Below, one piece after another: positions 22,590 through 33,524 of a stretch of DNA of 33,710 bases. The stretch covers positions 1-33,710 of the forward strand of contig NW_025213909.1 of the NCBI RefSeq assembly GCF_004010195.1, given 5' to 3'. The notes under the pieces are model-generated. The model saw only the letters and a program-made list of their open reading frames with translations. It searched no databases and was not told the origin of the DNA. Numbering within the stretch: position 1 is the stretch's first letter; each line of letters starts with the position of its first letter. The DNA comes from Chiloscyllium plagiosum (lineage: Eukaryota). A program made the position numbers and the translations under genes.

Positions 22590-23895
22590 GTGGGACTAGA
22601 AAAGGAAACAGTGACCCAAAAAGCAAGGTAACTATAGACCAGTGAGCCTAATGTCAGTGGTGGGTAAGTTGTTGGAGGGGATTCTCAGGGACAGGATTTA
22701 CATACATTTGAGAAGGCAAGGGCTGATCGGGGTAGGCAACGTGTCTTTTTGCATGGGAAATCATGTCTCATTCATTTGATTGAGTTTTATGAAGAGGTGA
22801 CAAAGAAGACAGATGAAGGCAGTTTAGTAGACATTGTCTACATGGACCTCAGCAAGGTGTTCACAACATTCCGATTGATAGACAGATTAGGAAGTTTCGG
22901 TCACATGGGATACAGGGGAAGCTCGTCACAATTGGCCTCGCCAATTTTCAGACTGGAGGCTTGTGAGCAGCAGTGTGCTGCGAGAGTCAGTCCTGCGTTC
23001 ATTGCATTTCATGATTTATATCAAGGATTTGGATATGAATAATGGATGCACAGTTAGTATGTTTACAGATTACATCAGAAAGGTGGTGTAGTAGATTACC
23101 TCAGAGTACAACGAGACCACAATTAGATGGGACAAAGGGGCAAGGAGTGACAGGTGAAGTTTATTTAGATAAATATAAGGTTTTGCATTTTAGGAAGAAA
23201 TTATACACTTAATGGTAAGGTCCTGGGAAGTGTTGTGAAACAAAGGGACATAGAGATGCAGGTGCATTGTTTCTTGAAAGTAGAGTCGCAGCTCGACAGT
23301 GTGGTGCAGACACATTTGGCACATTTGCCTTAATCCATCAGAGCATTGCGTAGAGGAGTTGGGGTGTATTGTTGCATCTGTATAGGATGTTGGTGAGGCC
23401 ACTTTAAGAATACTGCGGAACAATTCGTTTGGTTTGCAGAAAAGATTGACACGGATGGTGCAGGACTGAAGGATTTGAGTTTTAGGGAGAGGCTGGTTAG
23501 GTTGAGGTGTTTCCCCCGGAGTGCCAGAGACTGAGGGGTAACTTATAGAGCTTTATAAAATCATCAGGGGCATGGATATTCTGAACAGACACGTTCTGTT
23601 TCCCAGGATAGGGGAGTCCATAACAGGAGAGCATAGGTTGAAGGCGAGAGAGCGAATACTTTAGAAGGGACCTGAAGGTAAATGTTTCACACAGAGAGTG
23701 GTGTGTGTACAGAAAATGCTGTCAGAGGAAGTGGTGAAGGCGGTTACAATCGCACATTTAAAAAGTATCTGAAAGAGGAGGGATATTGACCAAATGCTGT
23801 CAAATGTGACGAGATCAGATTTGATATCTGATCGGAGTGAACAGGTTGCACTAACGGGTGTTTTTCCATTCTGCGTGGCACTCTGATTCTATAAG
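22590..23895 (+). mobile_element. CR1-type LINE, RT region through 3' end, decayed
   Basis: GNYRPVSLMSVVGKLLEGILRDRI, then GKSCLIHLIEFYEEVTKKTDEGSLVDIVYMDLSK, decayed downstream RT motifs and a 3' end ctctgattctataag. Confidence 0.92.
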
Positions 23896-24019
23896 AGGGA
23901 TGACGAAAAATTCAGAAACGACCTTTCAAGTCGAAATAATGTTCACTGGAAGTTTATCGTGCCTCTATGTTCACATTGATTGAAAGCTGCTTTAGTTAAA
24001 TAATTGATAGAGAAGTGAG

Positions 24020-24446
24020 TCACGGATAATGGGATTCAGACAGCAAAGTGGGGCTGAGGAATTTACAAGGATGTTGCCAGGACTCAATGGTCTGATTTAT
24101 AGGGAAAGGTTGGAGAAGCCAAGAAATTTTCTTGTGAGCAGAGGAGTCTGAGCGGGGTCTTAGAGAAGTGTATACGTTCATGAGAGGCATGCATAAGGTG
24201 AATGCACTCAGTCTTTTTCCAAGGGTTGGAGAATCGAGGACTATTGGGGAAGGAATAAAATGGAACCTTAGGGGCAAGAGTTTTCTTACACAGAGGGTGA
24301 TAGCATATGGAATGAGCTAACATCATACGTCGTTGAGGTGAGTACATTATCAACATTTAAAGGGAATTTAGATCAATATTTGGACAGGGAAGGATGAAAA
24401 GGGCATGGACCAAGTGCAGGGAAATAGGGTTAGTGTGGATGGACAT
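24020..24446 (+). mobile_element. CR1-type LINE 3' fragment; its extreme 3' end continues at 25171-25230 after an insertion
   Basis: …atttacaaggatgttgccagga…cagagggtgatagcatatggaatgagct…gtggatggacattt | ggccggcatggaacagtttgggcc…. Confidence 0.8.
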
Positions 24447-25170
24447 TTATGACGCGGAGTCGAACCCCTCTGTTAATTAGCCAAACACCCAGAAAAGCTC
24501 ACCTCACCTCGTAATCTGTCAAAATACGAGTGACAGACATTCCTAAATTCCATTATTAAGAAAATTAACAATTTATTTTCTAACTTTGAATATTAAACAA
24601 CAACTGCTTATAAAATTTAAGCCCCTTTTTAAACAACTTACTATCTGATTCCACTTCTATATATATATATTCCGTTCCATTAATTAAACATGTCATTAAC
24701 ATCATCTCAAGAACACAAAGTCTCTGTGTTCTCCGCTGTCTTCAATCGTCTATCTGCTAATCTCCCTGGGTTGTTTTTCACAGAGAGTGTTTTCTAATGT
24801 CTTTGAAACCAAGATATTCATGCGTTGTCAGCTCCCGGGCTCTACAGATGTTTCTTTGCTGTTCAATGGCAGTTGCTCACCTTCTACTTTTGAAAATACA
24901 GGATTCATTTACCCCATGGCACCTTCGTTTCTAGGTGACAAAACAATAAAATTCAACTTCCATTGGCTTTTGATATCCTGGTCATAATTTAAACTAATTG
25001 GTTCCATTTGAATTGCTGTCAAAGCAGCAGCAAAAACTCAGGTACCCATTTAACAGCTAATTCTTACATTTGGAACAGCTTGACCTTTAGGTGGCAGATG
25101 TTTTGTGCATTAAATCCAGAAACACACTTCCTATCTTAAAATGACCTGATATGCTCTCGACCTCATAACA
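24447..25170 (-). mobile_element. Solo-LTR-like element (~725 bp) inserted into a CR1 3' UTR
   Basis: Splits a CR1 tail. Minus strand starts TGTTATGAGG and has a short terminal inverted repeat TTATGA/TCATAA. Homologous to 16990-17330. Confidence 0.6.
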
Positions 25171-25234
25171 GGCCGGCATGGAACAGTTTGGGCCAAATGG
25201 CCAGTGTTCATGCTAGATGACCCCATGACTTTTT

Positions 25235-25740
25235 GACCCCTGGATGGAGTGTTGTTGGTGACTCATAATCGAGGACATGCACATCCCTTTGGACAATGTC
25301 ATTTCGCAACTTCGCACCATTTATTGAATTACAAATGAGGTCTGAGCAATATGTTGCCCACATTCGTCTGCCTTGTAAACTGCTGTGGTCCAAACACTGA
25401 TCCATGTGATACCCTGTGAGCAACGCCGTTCAGTCCAGAAACGGGTACAGATCTCTGTATTGTCTCCACTAACGAATTCTCAATCCAAGATTTATGTCTC
25501 CTGTTGCCCATGGACTTTTGCTCACCTGTCAATAACCACGCCGGCAAATTCAGATACATAGCTGCCACCGGTTCTCATTTGTGGATGTCACAGTTCATAC
25601 AAACTCCCCAGGTTTCTCAAAGATAATCACCCTTTCCTGAAGCTAAATTCACTCTGTCAATTCATATCATGATTCCGCAAGTGTCTAGAAATGACATTGC
25701 TGATAAATATTTGAATATTTTCTTCAACACAAAACTGTGA
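25235..25740 (-). mobile_element. Old CR1-type LINE RT fragment
   Basis: Minus strand SWIENSL…GVAHRVSHGSVFGPQQF is a decayed GVPQGSVLGP motif. Confidence 0.6.
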
Positions 25741-25819
25741 CCACCTGCTTTTAGAATGAAACTTGCTTCACATTTTGCACTGTGCTCAGGTCCAGGGATA
25801 TACACGAATAAGTTTGTGA

Positions 25820-27076
25820 TGTTCGATGGTCATGAAGTACTTAGAAAGACTGGTCATGGCATTAATCAACTAAAGCCTCCCCACTAGTCTTGAACCCACT
25901 CCAACTTGCTTATCGGACCAACAGATCAACGTAAGATGCCATATCACTTCCCCTTCACTCCTCCCCAGAATATATTGGCACCAAGAAAAGCTGCATAAGA
26001 ATCTGACTCTTTGACAACCTTCAACACTATTATCCCCTCGAGACTGATTACTAAAATTAGTGATCCACTCTCTGCAACTGGATCCACAGTTTCCTGACCC
26101 ACAGGCCACAGTCAGTGAAGATTGGGGTCAATAATTCATCCTCACTAACACTCAATACTGAGCCCCACAGAGGTGCGTAAACAGCCCCTACTGTACTCAC
26201 TGTTTTACCATGACTGCATCGCCAAATAGCAGGCCAATGCCGTTTACAAGTTTGCTGATGATACCACCACATAGGTTGAATCTCAGATGGCGACGAAACA
26301 GACTACATATGGGATGTGGAAAACCTGGAAAAATGGTGCACTCAGAACAACCTAGCTCTCAATGCCAGCTAAAACAAGGAACTTAATATTAACTTTCGGC
26401 GGGATATTACACATGCCCCCCCTACACATTAACAACACAGAGGTGGAATTAGGAGAGAATGTCAAGCTCCTTGGGGTGGTCATCTACAGCAAGCTTTGTT
26501 GAATTCTTCATGCAGATGCACTGGTTACAACGAAGAAACAATATATCTTCTTCCTCAGGCAGCTGAGGGAATTTGGCATACGAGTGAATACCTCTGCCAA
26601 TTTTTATAGGTGCGCCACCGCAAGCATTCTGTCTGGACGTATCACTATCTTTTATGGTAGTTGTACCATTCAAGATTGGAGACGGTTAAAGAGAATGGTG
26701 AACTTGGCCTGGAAAATCAAAACAGCCAACCTCCCATCTTCAGAATCCATTTACCAGGTCCGCTTTCAAGGAAAGTCCACTAGCATTCTCAAAGATCCAT
26801 TCCACCCCAGCAATGTTTTTCTACAACTCTACCATCGAGGAGAAGGTACAGAAGGCTGAACACACACACCAGCCGACTTCTACCCTACTGTTGTTAGAAT
26901 GCCGAATGGACTCACAAATTATAAACATTCCTGTGTTTTTCTTTTTACCACTGTTTACCCATCATTTACTTATCTATGTTACTTAAGAATGTGACCTGCC
27001 TGTATTGCTCGCAAGACAAAGCTTTTCTCTGTGCCTCGGTATACATGACAATAAACTCAACTCAATTCAATTCAAA
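25820..27076 (+). mobile_element. Rex1/Babar-type LINE, RT region to 3' end, decayed
   Basis: VMKYLERLVMALIN…, FNTIIP, LTLNTEPHRGA (decayed TGAPQG), YKFADDTT at ~26244-26268, WCTQNNLALN, NFYRCATASILSG. Ends with AATAAA and a (TCAA[CT])n tail at 27051-27076. Confidence 0.88.
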
Positions 27077-27450
27077 ATATTTGTAACTGGAAGAGTGACC
27101 AGAAGAGAAGTGCAACTGGAAAGGTTTAGATGATGGTTTATTCAGAAACAGCACTGAGACCGAAGTGAAGACTGAGGATATTGTGGAGGCAGTCGTGCTC
27201 ATGTTTCGTGATAAACGGAATAGTGAGATGACAATCAGCTCTGGGTAAAGTAGGGCAATTATGGTTAGGACCACATTTTTTCCTCATCAGTTATTTGGAA
27301 CTAAAGTGTAAGAAATTCCTAGAACAGGAATGGAGTTTGTGATTGAAATTGAATGCAAAAGTTGACATCTTTACCAAATATAATCAACAGAAATAATGAT
27401 GGTGTTCACAATGGTTTACATAATAAATCAATGGACAGACATAGACTCAC

Positions 27451-27625
27451 CAGGAACACCAACAATAGCGAGGATGGGATAGTATCCTGCTTGAATAAAT
27501 CATTCATGCAGCTTTCATCCTCAATGTTAATGATGCCCATTTCAGAGAAAGCCAGTCAAGACCATCGGATAAACTCCTGCCCATTATTGGAACATTCCAG
27601 TCTACTATTCTCAGATTCTGATCTC
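27451..27625 (-). pseudogene. GPR139: First coding exon (N-terminus plus start of TM1) of a GPR139-like gene, disrupted
   Basis: Minus strand 27499-27452 encodes FIQAGYYPILAIVGVP, followed by G|GTGAGT (donor at 27450-27445, phase 1). Joined to 12513 it gives YYPILAIVGVPVNVVTIYVLL. Upstream DQNLRIVDWNVPIMGRSLSDGLDW… is in another frame, with TGA stops at 27500-27502 and 27504-27506. Confidence 0.75.
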
Positions 27626-27712
27626 TTCCGTCTCTCTGGAGCTGCTGATTCCAGTGATGTTGAGGATGCTGCTGCCTCTGATACTATGGGATAACACATT
27701 GAAAGAAGCCCC

Positions 27713-27721
27713 TTATTAATA
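27713..27721 (-). promoter_or_regulatory. TATA-like element upstream of GPCR exon 1
   Basis: Minus strand TATTAATAA lies ~90 nt upstream of the presumed N-terminal coding start. Supported by position only. Confidence 0.25.
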
Positions 27722-29124
27722 GAAGAGGGAAGCCAACCAGTGACACAATTAGGATCCATGGAGACTGACATCAATCACAGTCACTGTTTTAACCCCATTT
27801 CACTACAACTCTTTTAATGCAACAACAATACCTCGTCTGGATGGGATGCTGACATCGCCTGCTATCTTATTGTCCATCTCCAATCACGCCAACAATGGTC
27901 AAGGTAAAGGAGAAAGATGATGCTTTCTCTTCACTCTCTTGATGCCTCTGTTGTGTTAATCACATACAATGCTCTATGTAATGGTATTCCTTGGAACCAA
28001 TCGAGTGGTTGTTACTACACTGAAGTCTACTCCACCTCAACAAGTATCAGTCTGAAAACTGCCTATGGGGACAACTGCCCTGAACACAGAAAATACAGAT
28101 TTCTCTGGTCCTTCTTCTCACTCCTGTAGAAAAGCAACAGTTCATCTTTAACCAATGCAATTCAATATTGTTTTTCTAAAGATGCAAACATCTTATTACA
28201 GTTTATACACCTCTTCTTTTTCAGACTTTTGGCCTTAGCCCAGAAGTAAATGTTATGTTTACAATTGCATTTTTATTGGAATTAAAGCTTCAGAGGCAAT
28301 TTAGATGTGTCCTTGGTTAAGAAACAGAAAAGAATAGGAGAAGGTGGCTGTAGAACCTGGAGAGGAGTAACGTGATGTCCCCACCAATTCACCAATATCT
28401 TCTTGACAGACGGAATAAAATAAAACACAGAGAAAGAAACAGAATACATTAGGGAATGGCGAGTGACAGTGTAAACATAACAGGATAATTTGAAATGGAG
28501 GAAAATGATTTTATATGCACTTTTTAATCAATGTGTGTGCAGATAGATAAGACTGTTCATATTTGCAAAACACATTCATAATGAACAACGGAGAAAATGT
28601 TACCAGAATATGATGCATATGATGTCCAAAATTGAAAGAACATTAAAACATTATTTGATCCTCATCTGAGGTGTCATGTTCCCCTTCTCCCAATGTCCCC
28701 TCCCCTTCTGGGATTCCCTGCTCCAGTCTCTCACACTTACCAGGATGTGTGTTCTAAATTCCTGCTTCTCGTGTTCTAACTTCTTTCATTTCAATCCATT
28801 TTCTACCAGGAAATAAATATATGGTCCTGCTGGGTTCTGTCAATAGCTGGTATCTGCAATATTGTTGGAGATAAATGTTCGGGCATCAGACTCAGCATTT
28901 GCGCATATTACTGTGTTGTACATATACAGTACAGATGACCACAGCACACGGGAAATAAAAAAAACAAATGGGGAAGGACATCTACTTCAATCGTTAATGT
29001 AGTTTTCACTAATTGTACATCTCATCATCTATATTCTGCCTCCCTCTCTCTCTTTGTATCCCGTTAATAAATCATCAATTATTCTCCATGTCCCATCTCT
29101 CATTTACTTTTCTTATTATGATGT

Positions 29125-29985
29125 CATTGTAATTGAGTAACGTAACTACAAAGACATGAGGGAGGAACTGGCCAGAGTAATTTGGAACGGGAGCCGAGCA
29201 ATGGCAACCGTTTCTGGGGACAATTCCGAGGCACATCAGAAATGCATCCCAAAGAAGAAGAAACATACTCAGGAATGGACAAGGCAGCCTGAGTTATAGG
29301 AGAAATCAGAGACAGCATCACACCAAAGGAGAAACCATACAATGTGGTGAAGATTATTGAGAATCCGAAGGAAAGATAGACCTTTAATTACCAGCAGAAG
29401 ATAACTAATAAAAACAATAAGGAGGCGAGGATGAAATAGGATGATAAGCTTATAAATGATATAACAGAAGATTGCAATAGGTTGTTAGATATCTAAAAGG
29501 GAAGGGAGGGAGGGAAGAGCAAACATTAGACTGCTAGAAAATGAGGCTGTGATAGTTTGTGGGAAAGAAAGAAATAACAGAGGAGTTTAATAGATACTTT
29601 TCGTCAGTGGAAACCACTAGCAGCCTACCAGAACTTCAAGAGAGTCTGGGGGCAGAGGTAATGATAATGACCACTACGAAGGAGAAAGTGTTGGGGAAGC
29701 TGAAAGCTCTGAAGATGGATAAATCAGCCAGGAAAGATGGACTGCACCTCATTTTTCTACGGAGATAGCTGAGGTGGTTGCAGAGGCCCTGTTGGTGATA
29801 TTTCAATAATTTTTCAGGAATCACTGGAGTCAGTGAAGGTCCCAGAGGACTGGCAAATATAACCCCTGTTTAAGGACAGAGGGATGTAAAAGACAGGGAA
29901 TTACAGGTGGCCAGGCAAGTTGAAATTATTGTTAAGAAGGCTTAGTGGATCCTTGGGTTTGTGGATAGTTGTACAGTGTATAATA
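29125..29985 (+). mobile_element. CR1-type LINE ORF2 fragment (linker between endonuclease and RT), decayed
   Basis: NYKDMREELARVIW…, EEFNRYFSSV, KEKVLGKLKALKMDKSARKDGLH (decayed KSPGPDG), VPEDW…GNYR. Confidence 0.85.
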
Positions 29986-30314
29986 AAAAAAAAATGTACT
30001 CGCAGAGTTCTGTTTTTAATCAATAGCATAACAAGACTTGAATTTCCAAACGCTATTGCAAACAGCAGACTTCCAAGTACGTTTTAAACAAACCAGCTCA
30101 GTTCGAAACAGTCAGGAGCATATGTGACAAACAGACTGTTATCTAGCCACTGTTATTAAGACGTGGGGAACAGCTTGTGCCGAAACAGACGGAGAAAAAA
30201 AAACTGTCAAAAAAGCACGACGACAGCTGTTGCTGCGGAGGTCCAAATGATGTAGTCTATTTCGCCAGATATTTGGAAACATCCCTGACATACTCTTCAT
30301 TCCTTCGCAACCCA

Positions 30315-30990
30315 ACACATACCTTCCCGATGAAGCAGCATTTAACTTGTACTTTTTAAATCCAGTCTCCTGTCATTACTGCTCACAATGCAGTCTCCCT
30401 TACATTGGGAAGACCAATGAGAGATTGCATTGAGGAACAATCCCACTCTGCCTGTGGGAATAGCCCTGACCTTCTCATTGCTTCCCATTTCAATAACTTA
30501 CCTTGCTGTCATGTTAACTTTTCGTTCTGGGCTACTGCAATGTTCGAATGAAGCACAGTCCAAGCTCGAGTAAAACCTCACTTAACACTTTGGTGTGTCA
30601 CAGACTGTCGGAGTTAATATTCAATTCCGTGACTTCACAACCCAACCCCACTATGACTGTTAAACATTTTTCATACACCCTTCCTCCAAGTCTCCTTGTG
30701 TCCATGTCTTATTTTTATTGCAATCAATGGAGGGAACCCATTTCTTCCATTCGCATATTAATTTACAACTATTTTATATCTATTTCTCTTTCACCTCAAT
30801 TAAAAACACACTTATTTTTGGCACTGCATCTCCACACCCTTTGATTTCCATCACCTCAACATTCACCTCTGCAGGGGATGGAAAAGTCCATTTCCAATCC
30901 TTGTGAAGAAATGACACCCTTGACTGGTGAGGTTAACTCGGTTTCTCTGTCTTCACAGATGCTGGCAGACTTGCTGAGCTTCTTCAGAAA
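30315..30990 (+). mobile_element. Penelope-like element remnant (GIY-YIG endonuclease region to terminal repeat)
   Basis: FPMKQHLTCT…CSQCSLPYIG(K)T…PDLLIASHFN reads as a decayed GIY-YIG domain. Ends with …cacagatgctggcagacttgctgag. Confidence 0.7.
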
Positions 30991-31019
30991 CGAATAGGCA
31001 TTTCAAATTTTCAATAAAA

Positions 31020-31172
31020 GAAGTACTGTGGATAATGGAAATCTGACACAAAAACAAATGTTAGTGAAGAAACTGGAAGCTTTGAAGGGTCACTGAAGTT
31101 ACAAAAAAAACTCTGCATTGACTCCAGAGATGCTGCCAGACCTGCTTAGTTTCTTTAGCAATTTCTGTTTGT
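31020..31172. mobile_element. Degenerate Penelope-type terminal segments, inverted pair
   Basis: tactgtggataatggaaatctga…aaaaaca at the left and gatgctgccagacctgcttagtttctttagcaatttctgtttg at the right. Confidence 0.45.
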
Positions 31173-31399
31173 GAATAAGTTCCACGGACGTGTATCAAAG
31201 CTGCTCAAACGCCCTGTTCAAAACGGAGCGCCACATAGCGGGAAATTAATGATAACGCAAACTGCACAAATTCATTGGCCCTGAAACTACATCAGGCTGA
31301 CATCACTGATGCTACAGAGCTCGTAATCATGTTCAAGGAGAGAAACGGGGGAAACACATTCACTTCAAACACAGAAGATGGCACAACTGGAAAGAAAAA

Positions 31400-32460
31400 G
31401 ATTCAGATGAATTGGTTGAATGGTTTTTGAGGGAAGTGACGAATTGGAGCTGTGACACCATGGAGAGACCCTCAGCAGAATGAGAACATTAAAATGGAAG
31501 TGTTACCTCATCAGAAACCAGAGTAGGTCACTGGGTACAGGGCTGATGGGTGAATGGGTCTCGGTCTGAATTTGGAGCAGGCAGCAGAATTGCATTGCAG
31601 ATTTTGAAGCTAAAAACAGGACATTCATGTGGCGCTGCAGACCATAGCAGCAGCATAAGCTGAATTGTATGCAACCACAATCTGTAATTAATGCCTGAGA
31701 TAATCCCTGAATCTGCCAGTTCCATGAAGCCGATATGTGTTTCAGTGACAGTCTGGGTGAATATGACAGGGTCGGAACCATGTGTACCTGAACCTGATGA
31801 TAACCCATTAAAGCAACCACGCTTGACTGGTTACATTCTAAAGAGCAGAACTAACGTCTGATCAAGAGGGCCAAATGACCCTCACACCCATAGATCACAT
31901 CGAAGCTCTGTAGCCCTGCCACATCTAGTCATAAGTGGTGATGCATGATTAAGCAATTCACTGGAAGGAGATTTCGAGAAATATCTGCATCCCAAATAAT
32001 AGAACAGCCTTGTACATCATTTTAAAAGACAAATGTGGAGTATCTCCACCATCCTCAGCCAGAAGCGTTGAGTCTATGATCCACCACACCCTTCTCCTGA
32101 TGCCCAGAGAATCACAGATGCCAGACTTCAACCAATTCGATTCTCTGCACGTAACATGAAGAAACAGCTGAACACAGTCGATAAGACAAAGGCAATGGGC
32201 CCTGACCCCATTCCTGTAATAGGACTGAAGACTTGTGCTACACAACAAGTTGTGTCCCTGGACAAGCTGTTTCATTCCAGTTCCAAATCTGATATCTCCC
32301 TAGCAATGTGGAAAATTACTCAGCTATGTCCAGTCCACTAAGAAGAGAATAATTACAATCTGACCAATTACCACCCCCTTAGTCCCATCACGACAGTCAA
32401 ATTGATGGGAGTTCTTTTTGACAGAGCTGTCACGCAGCAAAGAAATAACCAGCTCAGCGT
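31400..32460 (+). mobile_element. Old CR1-clade LINE ORF2 fragment up to the RT start
   Basis: MKKQLNTVDKTKAMGPDPIPVIGLKTCA…LDKLF…MWKITQLCPVH*…NLTNYHPLS. The left boundary is uncertain. Confidence 0.75.
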
Positions 32461-32484
32461 AGTTTCCAATACGTCCCCATGTAG

Positions 32485-32985
32485 AAATGGTGCTGTTGTG
32501 GAAATGTGACAGGATTACTAATCCAGACCAGCCTAATGCACTGGCAGCTGGTGGAAGTTAAAAACAATTAATAAAATGTACAGTTGTAAATTCTGGTGTC
32601 AGTAACAGTGATCTTGAAGCCAATGTCGATTGTAAACATCTTTAGCCTTCCTCAATGTACTTTCAGGAAGTAAATCTCCCGTGCTTTCCTGGTCTGGCTT
32701 AAATGTGACTCCAGACACACAGACACGTGAAAAACTCTTCAATGGTCTCTCAAACAGCCAAGCAAGACACTCAATTGTATCAAACTGCACTGAGGACTTA
32801 AAGGATAAAACCGATCAGAACACCCAGCCACAGCTTCTGTATCAGAAAAGGGAACGGGAAACACAGTTCTGTTGACCCTGCAGAAACCCCATTCCTAACA
32901 TCTGAGAGCTAGTGGCAACACTTGTAGAGCTTTCCGACAGACTACACAGAAACATCGGGAAAGGAGTAAGTCATGCAACACATTG
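32485..32985 (+). mobile_element. Decayed tRNA/SINE-like repeat head, apparently running into a LINE endonuclease start
   Basis: ggattactaatccaga…ggcagctggtggaa…ggaagtaaatctcccgtgctttcctggtctggcttaaatgtgactccagac resembles a common shark repeat (from recall). It is followed by PNI*ELVATLVELSDRL at ~32894. Confidence 0.5.
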
Positions 32986-33109
32986 AGTCCTCCCACATTC
33001 TCTTTCATAGAGAAAATCTCCTCAATGCACTTATCCCACACGATGTACACAGCCCTTAATGTGATGAACATTTGGAAAAATATAAAATAGGAACTTCTGT
33101 AGTTTCTTC

Positions 33110-33520
33110 GGTCCATAGAGCTTTCTAACCCAGCCATTATAATGATGGCTGATCCTGTGTCTCCACAGCATACTCTTGCCTTCTTCATTCTTTAAGTAGC
33201 TCGAAATTCTCATTTTGTTTTCAGTGCCTTTGCTTCCACAGCTTTATGTGGGAGAGAATTCCCAAGGTTCCCCAGTCGCTGTGTGCAGACATTTATTCTA
33301 ATCTCAATGCAGTGTGACCTGCCAGTACTTAATACTGTGGTCGCTTGTTTTAGGCGTCCCAGCCAGGGGAATTATCATCCCTGCTTCCAATCTGTCTCAC
33401 CCTGTCAGAGTTTTAGATATTTCACTGAGATCTCCACATATTTTCCAAAACCCCATGAAATAAAGGCCCAGACACCCCAAACTCTGCACCCACAACAAGT
33501 CTGTCATTCCAGTGATCAGG
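33110..33520 (-). mobile_element. CR1-type LINE 3' fragment
   Basis: …gcttccacagctttatgtgggagagaattcccaagg…cagccaggggaa…cctgtcagagttttagata is a reverse-strand CR1 3' region, like 8075-8500. Confidence 0.7.
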
Positions 33521-33524
33521 AGGA

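Noticed and set aside
28735..28800. Minus-strand CCTG|GTAAGT donor as a second GPCR first exon
   Set aside because: The upstream frame has a TAG four codons before the donor and no YYP/GVP motif. It could be a non-coding exon, but nothing supports that.
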